From positions 11,408,878 to 11,472,877 of the forward strand of contig NW_002060943.1 of assembly GCF_000150275.1 (NCBI RefSeq): 64,000 nucleotides of DNA, written 5' to 3'. A program made the translations under genes and the position numbers. The DNA is from Trichoplax adhaerens (taxonomy: Eukaryota > Animalia > Placozoa). The notes beneath the pieces were generated by a model, which saw only the letters and a program-made list of their open reading frames with translations, searched no databases and was not told where the DNA came from. Shown piece by piece: positions 41,448 to 56,996 of this stretch (its first letter is position 1; the number at the start of each line of letters is the position of its first letter).

Positions 41448-44400
41448 ATGTCAGTCCTACTTAATGGTGAGAAAAGCTACGTCGATGAGAAAAAAGAAGA
41501 TGAACAGAGTACTTTATCTATAGATAAAAAACGCCAAGGAAATAACAAAAACGAGTTTAATAAAAATGTGGATCAAATCGCTCAAGTTAGCAATATTGTT
41601 ATCAACTCCAAACAGGAAGAGAAAATCTTACATTCCTTGGAGCAGTCCTATTACTCAATATTAAATACTATCCCTGGTGAAGATGTCACTAGACAGGGGA
41701 TTTTGAAAACACCAAGTCGTGCTGCCAAAGCGATGTTTTATTTTACCAAAGGATATAGAGATAACCTGAACGGTAATACATATTAACTTGAAAAATCACC
41801 TCTTACCCAATGCTAATTACTATCTCTTTGTAACAAGTTAAAATTTATTTTACCACAGATTCGAATCGATCATCAATTCAACAGTGTACGGTAGCATAGT
41901 TCAATGATTTACATTTACTATCATAGCATTGATTTCATCATAAATTTTTAATTTATTACATTATCGTCCTTCCTCGCTTAATAATGATAGACAGCGTACA
42001 TTCTCATCACTATTCATATAATCATTCCTACTGCACAGCGCTGATACTTCGATATGCAATATGCTGTCGGAGAGGTCGTAAACTTACCTCTACAGTTGAT
42101 TTATATGTTGAATTACCGTCATAACCTATCTATGATGACATTAGCTATGTGTTATTACTGATATACAAATATTTTGAATTATATCATAAACAATATGATG
42201 ACCTACCTTTTTATGCAATCATCAGCTAAATTACTTCATTTTATAATTTGCGTAAGGTATGTTAACTACACAGCCTATATTGTTGCCAGTAATTGATAGG
42301 CTATCAAAAATTATCTTTTACCATCATATTTGCGCGCTATGATTATTTAAGGCGTAAGATACAGAATCATGTTAATCTCTCCAAAAGCTGATAACTACCA
42401 ATTACTATCCACTACTGTGTCTTTACACTGCATTAAGAGTAGTACAGTAGTAAGTTACATCTTATATTAATTATTGCAATACAGTGCCAATAATGGAAGT
42501 AGCAACTTTGCCATACTATCAAATTATATTATTTATGCGACATTCGGATGTGATCTTAGAATGTTCATCTACATGTTGCAAGTTTGTATTGTCTGTATTC
42601 ACAACTTTCATCATATAAAAAATATGAATGGCGATCGAATCATTAATCTGCCATGCTAATCTCTAGAGTATGTCATGCTTGATCGCATATTTGCTTGCAC
42701 GCTGCACAGGCTACTAACAATACTCGTATCTATATATGTGCAATGTATTGATAGGATTAATATTATCTAATTATACATAAGCTTGGTAAAATTAGCTTCA
42801 TTACATTCATCTTTCGAAAGCAAACCTAATGATTCAAAATTTATTGAATGGAACGTTACGTATTATCTTTTACTAAATTTTAAGACTAAAAAATATTTTG
42901 AAAGTGATCTTCAATAATCTTCATGTATATTTATTGCGTTACTTGCAATTAATGAGACTAAATAGAGGAACTTCTAGATAATAAGGTTGGGAGAATAGCT
43001 TTTACAGTGTAACTATTAAAATTATGCAGCAAGTTGATTAGTGTTCAGTATTATATCATATATGCGATCGCAACGTAGCGATACAATGTGAAGAGGATGT
43101 TGCCTATTCATTGTTGCTATCAATGAATTTTAATATTACAGACGCTTTGCTCACTAATGAATCCTTATTAATTTTCTTTTATATTTCCATTACATGATCT
43201 TAACAGAGCTGATTAATGATGCACTATTTAATGTTGATCACGACGAAATGGTCATTGTTAAAGACATCGAATTTTTTTCATTATGCGAACATCATTTGGT
43301 TCCATTTTACGGCAAGGTAAGAAGGATTATTCTAATTACAGATAATTATCGTCATCAGTGATTAATAGCTACTTGGATCGTGCGTTATGCATCATAATTA
43401 GCAAAGTGTACTATTCATTAACGCTTGCAAAACAATAATTTTTCTATCTGTAGAACTATACGTAAAGATTTTGTTTACTACATTTATTTACATAACTTGC
43501 GACTACGCTGTATAAATAAATAAATCATCCGTAAATGTACGACCTTATTTACTTTATCATTTGAATATTGTACAATGAATGATATGCGAACTCTTTTATT
43601 ATATAGCTTAGGAATAATCCTTCTCTAGCATTTCTAAATCATCACTTGCTCATCATTGATATCACCATTAATTGAATTACTAACATGCTCGATTATTACC
43701 AGATGCATAGACCTACTACTTAATACTCCGTGAATCTCGTTTCTATCGTTTCTCAATTGGCCAATGTTGGCGTCTCACGGTCTTTTTGTATAGATATGCT
43801 GCATCTTATTAAACAGTATAGTATACATACTGCATCAAGCACGATCTTTATTACAACCAGTACTGATGTAATATTTTACTTATTAATAACCTGATGGTAG
43901 CATTACTTAGACAAATATCAAATCTATAGAAAGCTTTATAACATCTTAAACTGCACATCTTGTTTTCAATACCAAATTGATGGCCTACGCATGCAACAAA
44001 TTATGTATTGTAAACACCACTCATGGTTCAGATCTGTATTTCGCCAATTGGGTCCACTATTAATTGCAAACAAATTATTGTTTTTTTATCGTAAGAATAG
44101 CAAAACAAATCACGATTTCTATGTATATATTCCAAACCTCATTTATGTAATAGTAGAATACAATGAGAACTCCTTTTAATAACTGTAACAATCTAGTAGG
44201 CGTAACGAATTCTAATACAATCAAAATTAGATTAGACAAGCCATGAATGTTAAAACAACCAGTAATTTCAAGTATTTCATAATTAATCCTAGCAATTTGA
44301 ATAGGTGTTTTTGGCTTTTTCTCTCAAGCACGACTTTTTTTCCTTCAATGTTGTATCTTTTGCTTCAATATCATGTAGAACGAAGTTTCGATATTGGAAA

Positions 44401-45218
44401 TTATTAATTTAACCTGCTACATTTTAATCCTCTATACGATATGTTTATGAATTTTTGTCATGGTTTTGTTTGTATAGGTTCATGTAGGCTATTTACCAAA
44501 TAGACAAGTTGTTGGTTTAAGTAAAATTGCAAGGTATAAACTCAAAGTATTATCTAAGACCGAAAAAAATAATCCTACGTAGCGACACTGGAGACATTTA
44601 ACTCTTCAGTATGATAATAGCGCTAACAAATTACATTAAAAAATATTGTTTTATTAGCATATTCCGCAAATCGTATGTAAACAGTACTCTAATTTCTTCT
44701 AAGTTGATACTATAATTTAATCATCCTACACTTGATTTTTCTGTCTATGTGATAAAATGAAAATACGAAATGGGTAGAATCATTGAAATGTATAGCAGAC
44801 GATTACAAGGTAATGTAAATGTGGTACTATTTGTTTCTATGCATATGTGATCCTTTAATTAATAGTAACATTTTAGTTCAAGAAAGAATGACGAAGCAAA
44901 TTGCTGAAGCAGTAACTACCGCGATCAATCCAACAGGCGTTGGTGTAGTTATAGAAGGAACGTGAGTATTACAAAGTTTTTCTATCGTATTTGCTTTATT
45001 TCCTTCTTTAGTGTAACTCTTCTGTTATATTCCAGTGATTACAGTTGTAGACATTAACGTCAACTCTATTTTTTATATCATTTACAATTAGTCACATGTG
45101 TATGGTCATGAGAGGAGTTCAAAAGACCGGTAGTAAAACAACTACCAGTACAATGATTGGAGTATTTCGAGAAGATCCTAGAACAAGAGAAGAATTTCTA
45201 TCCCTTATCAGACACTAA
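41448..45218 (+). CDS. GCH1: GTP cyclohydrolase I, 6 coding exons
   Basis: [26 protein letters not shown] (41448-41772); [24 protein letters not shown] (43207-43316); [13 protein letters not shown]; YSRRLQ|[10 protein letters not shown]; [19 protein letters not shown]; [12 protein letters not shown]; TAA at 45218. Confidence 0.97.
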
Positions 45219-46681
45219 ATAAATAGCCATACTACTACTGGTTTAGCATTTTGACACTGTTATTTTAGGAAAGTCTATTTCAGAGCACTTGTTATATTTT
45301 ATTTTTACCCTTTGAGTTCATAAATAATAAATTTTTAGCTGCTTGAAAAAACGTCGTGATTCATCTGAGTTTCAAGTCAACGTAGTTTCCGTAAAGTACC
45401 TAAAAGTTATGCGTGATTTTATACGCAAAGCTTTTCGAAGCTCGATTTGAGAAAGTAATGCGTAGTATAACAAATAACAAGCCTGGGTTAAGGTAATATA
45501 GGCATATACTCGCATAATCAGACGCTACATATGATTCTAACATCCACGTCGTTAGTCTATAATATTATTAGGCCTTGCAATCTCTAGTCAGTACACTATA
45601 TGGTTACCATTTTAAAGCAATTATGCTTCTTTAAGTTCACGTTAAAAAATTTGAAAATAAATTGTTACAGCATAAGAAATGAAAGGACTATTCTGCGACA
45701 AATAAATTTGTAGCATTTTTGCTTCGTAACAAACTACTAGGAAGTTCATGATTTTACAGCTTAAAGGCGATGTAGCTTAAAATATTAAGTATACTTTAAC
45801 ATTTACCTTGGATATAAACAATCCATCAACTAGTATGACAGAAATACATTACAGAGTAGCACAACCATACGTTTATGCCGAAATCTGCAATAGTATCCTG
45901 CATTGCTTTTTTAATACTCATTTTATCGGGAGTGATATCAGATAATACTTCACCCTGAAAGCATTGTATCCTGAAATGTTCTAAAGAATCACTAAAAATG
46001 TAGTAATAAATATTAGTGCTAGCTTAATACGGTATGTGAATAGCTAATCCAAATTCATGTAAAGTTTGTCATCCATCATATAATTCATTTAACTAATCCT
46101 AATCTTTACAGAAAGAATATCAAACTTATTACCTATTTGGAAGGGCTATTAATCAATTAGTTATATTTTTTGAACATGAAAGGGATTATAATTATTATTC
46201 GGCGTTAATTAAGTAGCAGTCAGATTAAAATTTTATGAAAGATTTTTCAAATAACACTTCGAAGTCCAAATAGTTAACAATAAAATTTATCCGATAATTT
46301 TAGATGAGAAATCTTCAAAGTTAGTAAAATCAGCTCTTCAGATTAATGACAAGATATAGTTAAAATCTTATTTATTTATTTCACGACTGCAATAACGGCT
46401 TTAAATCTACCATTCAATGAACAGGATTGTTAATTAGCTCATCCCTATCTACTAATAAGGTTGACATTCGAGTCATTATTTGAATAAGTAAATTCCAACA
46501 ACAGCTTAGAAACAAGTTTATGTTAACAGGATAAAGTAGTTATAGAATGCTTGGATTACAAACATTAGTTTTTGTAGATGAAAGCGTATTTACAAGCTCA
46601 ATAGTGATGAAAAAATAATACTTAAAATGAATACAATATTTAATAAACAACGTACAGTATTACGATACTATAATATTAGAC

Positions 46682-48873
46682 TTAACTTGAACTCTCTTCA
46701 CCCAGCAGCATGTTTGGTATACCATTACTAATTTGAAACTTCTTTTTTGAAGTTGGACAAATTAAGTGGCCTTCCTTTACTTCCACCTGATGAAATAGCA
46801 ACAATAAAGTATACAGTTAGAAGTATGAATATTGCTAATTAATTGCACGTATAAGGTATTCAGAATTGACTACATCCAGTTATTCATTACAAAAAAGTGG
46901 TATGACTCAAACGATTAATAGGCTATCACAACCATACATACCATTAATATAAAATGTTTGATGTTATTTTACCCATGCAATCGATCAATGCAACATAAAT
47001 AGAATGAAAATAAATTTCGTCTACAACAGTCTCAACCTTTGGCATTATTAATGTACATGTGAGAATTAAGCAAGCATACTTTAGATAATCCTACTGAAAT
47101 TTCGAAAAATAGAAAGCTATCTCTAAATAAATATACTCTAATAAATCCATATTAAAAGTGAATGTTTACTGATGTTTCGTTGATAGCAGATGTAATGTAC
47201 TACTGTATAAAATATATAGTACATACTTCCAATAATACATGGTGTGCTTTTCGCAAGAATTCTTCATCATTTTCTACATTTGGTTGAAGTTGCTCGGGTA
47301 TATCATTCAAATGTCCGATCTGTATTGTAACATAAGGGTATATCGAAAAAAAAAGACATTTTTTAATGCCATCTTCATATCTAAGATAGCAAATAAATTT
47401 ATACATAAGGGTTAGTACTAAATTAGTACGTAGATCAGTACAGTATAGATGATACTGAATTTGGTTGGATCATTTTTCGAAGTTATACAGTTTGGAGGAT
47501 ATTTTGCCTGCTATTTCTGTCAGGCTGTATAAATTTGGAAGCAAAACTTCTACAACAATGAGGGTATTTATTCCATTCCATAACATATCATCAATAATAC
47601 TACAACAATTTTTAATTTAGCAGGAGTCATGCGTATTTAATGAAAACTGTTGACCTGGTTCCTTCTAACGTCTCAGACGTAAATCAACGATTGGTTCATG
47701 CTAAGAACGGTATGTTATTTGATATTACAATTTACACAGTTTGAATAGCATTTCCTTTATCAATATTGTCCTTCCGTATACGAGTAGAGTGCACAACAGG
47801 ATTACACGTACAGTAAAATGTTGCTTCTAATGATAATTATGATTAATGTCACAGTATGCGATATTGAAGGATGACTTACAGCTTTGGCAGTTTGATATAA
47901 AACATCCCAATTCACTTTGGAAAGCATTCTCTTGATAAATTCAGGATTGAAATCGACATTGCGTAGAATAACTTCTGCAGCCTAACGATGGATGATAATA
48001 ATAATAATATGGATTTATAAGGCAATGAAATACCAATACCTGCTTGCACTATCTCATGTAGTGATAATACAGTACTTGTCAATCTGTTGGAGAATAGGCG
48101 ATACAGTCATTGGTACTAGTGGGCACACTGAGATTGAACTAGGGCTAACGCATAGAATTAGAGGAATGGCTTGCATGGCGTGTAATTGAGGAAGCCAATA
48201 TTAATGGGGAAAAAAACAGAAATCGTTGAAATTCACTTCAATTAGCTCGCTATGGAAAAATTTTATAGCAACTTGCAATAAGCTGTACTGCGCCATCGAT
48301 TCATTCCAAGAGGGTTATCGTCGATACAATCTAGTCTGTATCACTAGCTTAGACATGAGCTACTGGAAGAAAATCTAGGTTATTCTTTTTAGTAGTTTAT
48401 GGCCATTGAATTAATTAATCAGCTCTCAGCTCCATGTACGCGTATAGTGAGTCGGGAAGGGACAGTACCTACTTACTGGCTGTAGGACAATTTGACATGG
48501 ACAACTTACCGCTAAAGGCAGGGACTATTCGACTAGTCCCTGGTCTAGGATGAAAACAATATCAATATCCACTTGATATTACGAGGGTGAATTGAATACT
48601 TTGCGGTGTAAAGTTAATCGAATGCAGTAAAGTGTCTGTTTTGATATTACTAAGGTGGATTTAATATTTTGCAACGTTCAATCCTATACAGTAAAGCTTA
48701 AGATGAATTTAATGCAGTAAATTATCCGGTTTCGCTCCGTACTATGACAATCGCAAGCGGGCGTACAAACATGGTACACTTATAGTTCAATATTCTACCT
48801 CTAGAATCAATGGATAGCCTGATTCAGCACCTTTAACGTGCGATGTGAGCATATTATGTGTTAGAAGTCGCAT
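46682..48873 (-). CDS. TRMT112: Methyltransferase activator TRM112, 4 exons
   Basis: MRLLTHNMLTSHVKG..GYPL; VDFNPEFIKRML.KVNW; DEEFLRKAHHVLLE|VEVKEGHLICP..KFQISNGIPNMLL; TAA at 46682. Confidence 0.96.
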
Positions 48874-50733
48874 CCTTCAACTCTTTTTCCGTCCTCCAGT
48901 AAATAAAATTGCAATGCAAATTCTTGTTGGAATTTCAAGCTAGCTTTCAAGCAGGGTTGATGAGAACAGGTTGACAATCGATCGAGATTTACATCATGTG
49001 CTGATGTATGCCACGATGTTGAACAGTTCTGTACTGTACTATACGATGTACAGCATTGTACGATACACAGCCACAGTATGGTCCTAAAGTTTTGACTGCG
49101 CATGTCTAGTCAACGGTAGTTTAATCGAATCTGGTCGAATGGATTTTATTGATGCTCACCAAATGATCATCTATCGGTCCTGTAAAGTTAACTGTGTGGA
49201 AAAGCCCACCAATATTGAACTATTTCAGTTTTATAGATAAAGAGATATGGTTACCCTTTATTAGAACGATCCTTCGATCGAATACTTCACATACTACTCG
49301 TATACTTGTACCTTTTACTCTATATTATCATTAAATGGCCACCTAGTAAAATGGAATTTACTGTATTATTGAAGCTACATTAGAGTGCATGCAGTACAGT
49401 ACTGTACTTCTTATAGGAATATGAAGTGAATTATCACCTTTGACATTATTTTTGAAGAATTATCGAAACTACTGACAATACAGAAAATGCCTCTTTTTTC
49501 CCCTATTTTTCATACAAATTGTAATGTATATCACAACAATGCAATCTTATATTTTAGATTTTGCCCTCCAATCAAAATAGTCCTTGATTTATTTCATTTT
49601 ATTGTTATCTTTGTTAAAATAACTATATTCATTCAAGAATATAGCTAGTAATAGTATATTTCCAAATTTCATATCAGTAAAATAGAAGGGTAGGCTTAAG
49701 AAAAATGATAAATTTTTTCCTATCGGTTAACATCAGTCAAAGATAGAGATCAACTCTATGGAACACGTAATGCTTAAAAATGAACATTTCTTATAACGAA
49801 AAGAATTCGTAGAAGCTTTGCTTCCATTCCATAATGGATATAATATTGATATATCAGATTCAAGATAAATGAAATTTCACTTTTCGCTAGATTTCAGTGT
49901 TATCTTTATCGCTAAAAATTTTCGTTTAGCAACAGCCCATAAATACTATAAAAGGCACAAATTTTTACGAATGTAAAAGGTAACAAATATAGAAGTGTAT
50001 AATTAACTACACAACAGTATGAAATCGAGCAAATACAATAGGGTTCTTTATTTCGGAACTGTGCCGAAGAAATAAGAATAGCGCATTATTCTTTCAATAT
50101 TTTCTCCTAAAATAGGTTAATTACATGATGGAGATAGGTAATTTTAAGCTCTACCGCTCAATTATAGCTAATAATATAAAAAGCTTCAATACAGGAGTTG
50201 TTAAAAAATTTTCATTCAAAATTTTCATGTCTATCAAAAGTTTCTGAAATTCGAAAAATAATTCCAATTAGTGTACAATAGTTAAGTGTCAAGATAGCAT
50301 AGAATATAACACGAGCATACTTAATCTTATTATTATCGTGGAATTGTATTGTAGAAAGTAATAAATTAAATTCAATTATCAAAGTTTGCTGCGCTCATCA
50401 ATTGATTAAAGGTTAACATCGTTATCATGACAAAAAATTTACTCATACTCGTATTACTACTAGCATAAAGTGAAATAAATTCTTGTTGCAGTCAATAACA
50501 AGCTAAACACTTCTTTTAAGTATAGGTATGGTTACTGATTGATCTACCATAAAATAATACAATGCATGACCGAATACAAGCAGCGGACAATATATAGAAT
50601 TTTACACACATTTATATCATACGGTAAGAAGGATAATAAAAAAATTATCGTTAGCCTGATACGCGGTGACATTTCATGTAACAATGTCAGTATTAAGCTA
50701 TACTTCATAGCACTTTTATGAATTAATTAAGTA

Positions 50734-53700
50734 TTATAGGATACCTGATAAGGCTAGTTCGGTTACGCTTAAACTAACCGACTCCAAGTTATTTAAATCT
50801 GATGAATTTGTTGGGCCTGTGTCAGGATATGAACGATCTATAAATGTAAAAAAAGGTACTGTTAAGAAACAAATTATAGAAAACCTAAGTAAATAATCTA
50901 GATCGCTGATCATGCAAACCTTGAGCAGAAATACTTTCATCAAGATTGTAACTTTGATGAGGAATATATAGTTGATAGTTACTATCATGACCAGGATGAA
51001 TGTGAATTTGTTGAGGAGCTTTACTCTATAGAAACAACAGGCAACAACAGTATGTATAGCATTGTATTCTCCATAGCTAGGTACCGCATAAAAACCCTAC
51101 GCTTGTTATACCAAACTCAAATTATTCACCTGTTTGTATCTACGTTTGCTATTTCCGTTACCACCCAATCCTATATTATTCGAAGGTAGTGCATGTAAGG
51201 ACTTACTGCAAGCAGGTCGTGGAGAGCGCCGCCCTCTAGATGGACTACTGGATAAAGGTGCTTTGCTGCCAGAATCTAACGATTTGGTGCTGCTAGAATG
51301 CCAACTGTTTCGGATAGAATATTTCATTAAGAATTCGAATGCAGCCATTAGCAAGATAACAAATAATCGTCAATGTAATATTTTTACAAAAAACATACTG
51401 CCTTCCGTGAGTCCCTCGACGAGACATATTCCATTGTTGTAATAATTTTGAACATTGCTGCTTCCAAGACATCAAACGCTTCTTCTGCGTATTAGTAAAT
51501 GACTGCAAAGAAGTTACAAATTTCGTTGTCAGTATATTTGTGGTAATAAAGCCCTTTACAAATATATATACACACACACTATATATTCTACACCGTACAT
51601 ATGTTTACTGCCGAACAATTTTACCTCATGAAGTAATGCTTTTTCAATAATTGACAGGTAATTATTTACGATGTCTTCATCTGCCTGAGAGACCAGGATA
51701 TGTGCACAAACTACGTATAGTCATGATATTGTAGTATTACTTGATATTGCATTTGAAAGCTCGTTCAAAAAATGCCATAAATAGCAAATACGTTTATACA
51801 TTTTGCACACCTTTACCCATCACTTTAGTAAAAGGACTGGCAATGTCATCAATTTCTGGATTATAATCGATCGCAGCTTGATAACTTTGTGACGACCCAT
51901 TACGGTTACTGCTTTTAAAATGAAATTCTGATTCTAAAGAAATATTATTATCTACTAGACATTCCATTGAAGGCTTCATTGGAGTAGCTACAATTTGTTT
52001 TAATTCAGCCAAGCATTCCTGCAAGTTCCCAGAGTGCTGGATGCTCTATATAAATTGCAAGAAAATTAAAGATGACTATTGATCCACTAGTTAATCAATC
52101 AATTATTGAGTATAAGGAATACCTCCTCAACTCGTTGCAAACACATAACACGATCCGGAAGTTTCTTAATGTTGACGAGAATTTTATTTCGAGCGCCTTT
52201 TGTAACGTTCTATTAAAATAAAAATAAGTAAATTCTCTTTTCCAGCTAAAGTAGAGGTATTTATTAACAAACCTTTCTCTCCAGTTCATCTTCGGTAAGA
52301 TTAAGCATTTCAGAATAAGAAAAATGAGCAAAGAGGTGAGAATACTTGTGAAGTCTAAGGCTTTTCAACCATGCTGGCACACCTGTAAAAAAGCATTATT
52401 TAAGTGAAATGAGTATTATGTTCTCCTTCCATTTCCGCTTACACAGAAATTAGATGGTTTTATGAAATACTGTTTAAGTTGAATTTTATCTAATATTCCT
52501 AGAACTAAATATACCTTTCATTCCAGTAGCTAAATCGTCAAATGCATTCATTGTTTCACTTTCATAATCATTAAAAATTCTAGCGTAATCCCTAATACCA
52601 CCATACGACGATACCATTGTCTCATTATTGCCAGGAGTAGGCCTATTAATTCGTTCTTCACGGCTATTTGTATTAACTTCATTCTCGTTACTTGTTTTCG
52701 ACATAGCTGGCATTCCATGAGGATCGCTTGATCGAGGTCCATGCATGCCATGATTAGCAACTTTACCTTTCATTTCATTCAAAGCAGATTCAGATGCAGC
52801 AGTATTCCTAATAAGAGTAGAGCAATTGCGCAGATTTGGCATCGATTCGCGAAGTTCAACCCCATTCCTGTGGTTATGAATACTGTTAAAACTATCGAAA
52901 ATTGTTGATGCAGTCGCATAGCCTTGATCCATATCTACAACAGTGAAAATCAAGTAAATTATTTTAAATAGTAAATCATAAAATTTTGTATAAGACAAGT
53001 CATACTTAGATAGATACAGTATACACATACTGCAACATATGTTATATAAAGTTTTTACGATTTTGAAATTTCAGTTAGCTCTACAAAAGTTGAGCTAAAC
53101 TTTAACATTATAAGGCATATTAAGCACTAATTCTTCTAGCACGTCTAGAGTGCGAACAGCTAAAAGATACTACTTACAATAAACTTACCAATAAACTACC
53201 TATAATTGATCATTATAAATAAACTGTAAACAGAGTATTATAGCACCAGTATTAAACAGTCACATAATCATTATCGTAACTATTGTAATTGGTTAACAAT
53301 GAAGACATTTTAAAGTACGTACTAAAAAGTTGTTTAAATCAATCGTATCGAGAATTCATGATAACTTTTTCTCATTATGGAGTTAGTATTCACCTTGGAC
53401 TATCTGTAAACTTTTATTTTCCACAGAACTTCTGTCAAGCCTGTCCAACCAATACGATAAACAATTTCTTTCCTCTTTAAGGAACGCAGGATGTACTGTT
53501 GCAAGTGATAATAATTGGCGACATTTTGGCAAATATTTTCCTTTTTCTATTGAATGTAAGATTAGTCTTGGTATAATCCGTAGATATTCTCTTCGCACAT
53601 CACTTGCCCCCGGACGTAAGAGTGGTAAATGGGCAAGTAACTGGTTCAAGGCATTTTCCATTGTTTCCCGACGCAATTGGCTTAGGAATTCTAATAGCAA

Positions 53701-56700
53701 AAAGTTCATATTGTCAGTTACACTAATGTGAAATAGTAATCCTTTATTTAGAATACATGTATCGCCTGATACGTGTACGTTAGATGATATATTAATCCAA
53801 TCCTGCTATCCTAGTGATTACGAAATTTCAAAATCAGCTAGCCCAAGGCATCAACAATTATGCTACATTACGTAAGACATTGTTCTTCATGATTAAAAAT
53901 AGGTTACTGTTAACCCTTAAAATATTCATCTATGGCGGCTACATTATTAGGAAAGCTGAGAATATCAAAATTTAAGATGAATAGCAACTTTTACTTCCAT
54001 TTATATAACTAATTTGCCTTAAATCACATTGCCAGTCAGTAACCCGACAGCCATTTGACTAGCCCTAATTTATTATAGGCAAGTTGACGATGTTGCGTAT
54101 TGTAAATTACAAACGAATGTGCCACCTTGTGTAGCATAAAAATAACTTCCTCTGTTCAGTAGTCTTTGTCGTTTAGTATTCCATAAAACTACGAATCACA
54201 ATAATTTATGCGTATTCAGTCGTTCCAAAGTCTTGCACTATTCGTAAATAGCAAAGTAAAATGGAATATCGACATTGGTGCAATAGTGTCAGCTACAGTA
54301 GTAATGTATGTAGAGAGAGAGATGCTTAAATAACATATACGCGTATTAGCATCAAATTCTTCCCATTATTACAAAGAAAATAGACAATACTAAATGTTGA
54401 AATATTTTTTTCGATAGCATAGAACTTCTTTAATCTTTAAAAAGAGTTTATTATTATCGAAAACGGTACCCAATATCTATGATAGAAACCGAGAGCCACT
54501 AACTCTATGTTTTTATTATAATTCAAGAGCATTAGCAATTTAGAGAATAGCTAAAACTTCTTTCAAAAATGTCCAGCAGTTAACAGTAATAGCAAAATGA
54601 CCGATGACAGACTACAGGACTGGACGAGAGTTCTTTACGTGAGTCATAACCTAAATTAACGATTTTAACCCCCGTTGAGAGAGTCAACCAATAAGTATTG
54701 TATAGTATAATTAATGAGAACTGCATTAGTGGATAGCAATCTTAGTAAGTGACGATGGAAATAATATTATGCACATCACACCTAGCAAATGTTATTTAGA
54801 TAGCTTTTATATGATCTCAGTTGTCGTTGATAGATTTTTTATCATCACTAGGATGCAAGTAATGCTGGCATTCTGATCTGGTCAATAACAAGATTACCAT
54901 AATTCATCGTAAATTGCTATATGAGTAGAATCTAACTTTGTCATAATCAAGTTGAGCAAACTGTGATTTGATTAACCAGATCAGCAGGAAGCCATTATGA
55001 ATATGCGTTCTGCGTATACTAGCATTGAATGCATTTATCTTTTCTTTTCCCTCATTTATCATCTATAAGGATAACTTGCTGTCATTGCAATTAATAAGTC
55101 TCGGCTGCACATAGTACAGCCGATTGTTAGGCCAGTTTACGTGAACTACATACTAATTACATGATGCTACATCGTGCAGTAATTTTCATGATGTAAAATT
55201 ATAAAATGTACGGTATATTTTTTGAAGATTGTATAGTATCTGCACTGCATTATATGAAGGTAGAATTTTCGTTTTTTTGTCTGACTATTACTGCATCCTG
55301 TTCAAAGTACAAATTATGACTCATGCAGTTTCAATATAAATGCACTCGTATCAAGTATCCAACTTTGAACTCATAATTACTAACCCCTACAGTAGGTCAT
55401 CAAACTTTTAATAAGCTCGTTCATCCTCATTTTAGAGCAGTTCTTGATATCGACCAACTATGCGTCCATTAAATTATTACCATTTGTCAGTAACACAACT
55501 AGTAGACTAGTTTACTGCAGTACGTCCTTGCTTCGTCAGCATAAATAATACTGCACATCCTGCACTGTAATAATAAACTCTTTTACTGTAATGTTCTTAG
55601 TTTGTAGTAGTACCCCAAATGAAAAAGTATTCTACTATAATACAAAGTTTACGAGGGTCAACCGTGTGTATAAGACTTAAGATTATAGCACAATTTGGAA
55701 ATTTCAGTATCTCAGGGAATAAATACAAATTGCATACATGAAATTTACCACAGCACAGATTCATATCGACAATAGTTGTGATTAATTTTTGCTTTTACAG
55801 TACAGCGAAGGTAGAAAATTTATTTCTAGTGTGTGGCATGTCAGGTGGTGCATGATCATTAACATAATTATTATATATTAATAAAAAGCAAAATTAAAGT
55901 AGAGATACACTAGATGACTGCTATAGACATATGCAGACTTCAAACTTTAGTCTTGACTGTAAGGTCATAATTGTTTTCAAATTATCACTCTGGTAATGTG
56001 TCTAATGACCCGCAATTTGTCAAAGAGCTGCAGAAAACACTATATGGCAGAGTATGGTGTTTATTTGTGCAATCTAAGTGCGCCACCGCATCTTTTGTTC
56101 TAACCATATGAGATTGGAACAGAAATACGAATAACACAGCATCTGTGCGGTATGGTAGATGTAGTCGTATGTAAATACGTAACTGTCTACGAATCATGAC
56201 TGAATCTAAGCAATTTTTATAGTCCGCGTATATAGTCTAATCCCTGTACCATCACAATATACAGTAGAAATCGATCCTAATCTTGATGACAAAAGCCACT
56301 GAGTGTTAAAAGGCAGCGAAGGCAGTTATACTACATTACTGTCATAGCACTAAATCGCAATGACTACTAGATCATTGAAGCGCACTAAGTTCAAGATTTC
56401 AAAGGATAGTCGATATTTGCCATATATGTACACTTCAAATCTATGTACCGTCCAAAAAAGACTATATGCAAAGACAGACACAGTATTTTCATACTTTCAG
56501 GCAAGGTAAATAAAAATAAATAATAATAATAATTAATTGATAAATACAGTACTGTACATGTAGAATGGGACATTCTACTAACAAATGGGATCCAATACTA
56601 GGATCATCGTCTATGACCGCTATTATTCAATAATCATAATATTATCAAGTGAAGAAATCAATGGAAAAAAAATGGAGAGAATAACCCTAGTGTAACAGCT

Positions 56701-56996
56701 AGTAGCAACGAGAACTAACCGGTGCTATTGGCTTCGCGTTCAAGGCACTGAATTTCTATTGAATCTTCGAATGTATTCTGGATGACCAAGCTAAGGAATC
56801 TTGCCTGCGTTGAAGTGATACGGGTCAATAACGAGTAGAGGGCTATAGTTTGTTCGCAGAGGTTCCAATTGGAAAACCAGCCAGCTAACATACTAATTTG
56901 ATCGCCAAACTGAGAAGGATCCATAACGACTGTCATTGAAAGAGAATCCATGTCAGTTAGTTTTCCAATCGCCACTAAGCACTGCAAAGCAGACAT
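50734..56996 (-). CDS. SAMD4: Smaug/SAMD4 RNA-binding translational repressor
   Basis: [31 protein letters not shown] (exon ends 56720); [13 protein letters not shown] (53690-53394); SAM domain [26 protein letters not shown]; C-terminal [13 protein letters not shown] motif. Homology begins near the ATG at 56924; 56996 is the most upstream in-frame ATG. The last codons are uncertain. Confidence 0.95.

Noticed and set aside
42130-42230. ATGATGA/CTGA motifs suggesting an intronic C/D snoRNA (similar cases near 21180 and 47520-47594)
   Set aside because: Missing terminal D box or stem, and no recognisable rRNA guide.
50736-50744. GTATCCTA at the end of Smaug as a possible U12 donor
   Set aside because: Imperfect consensus, no convincing TCCTTAAC branch downstream, and the frame closes naturally at 50734.
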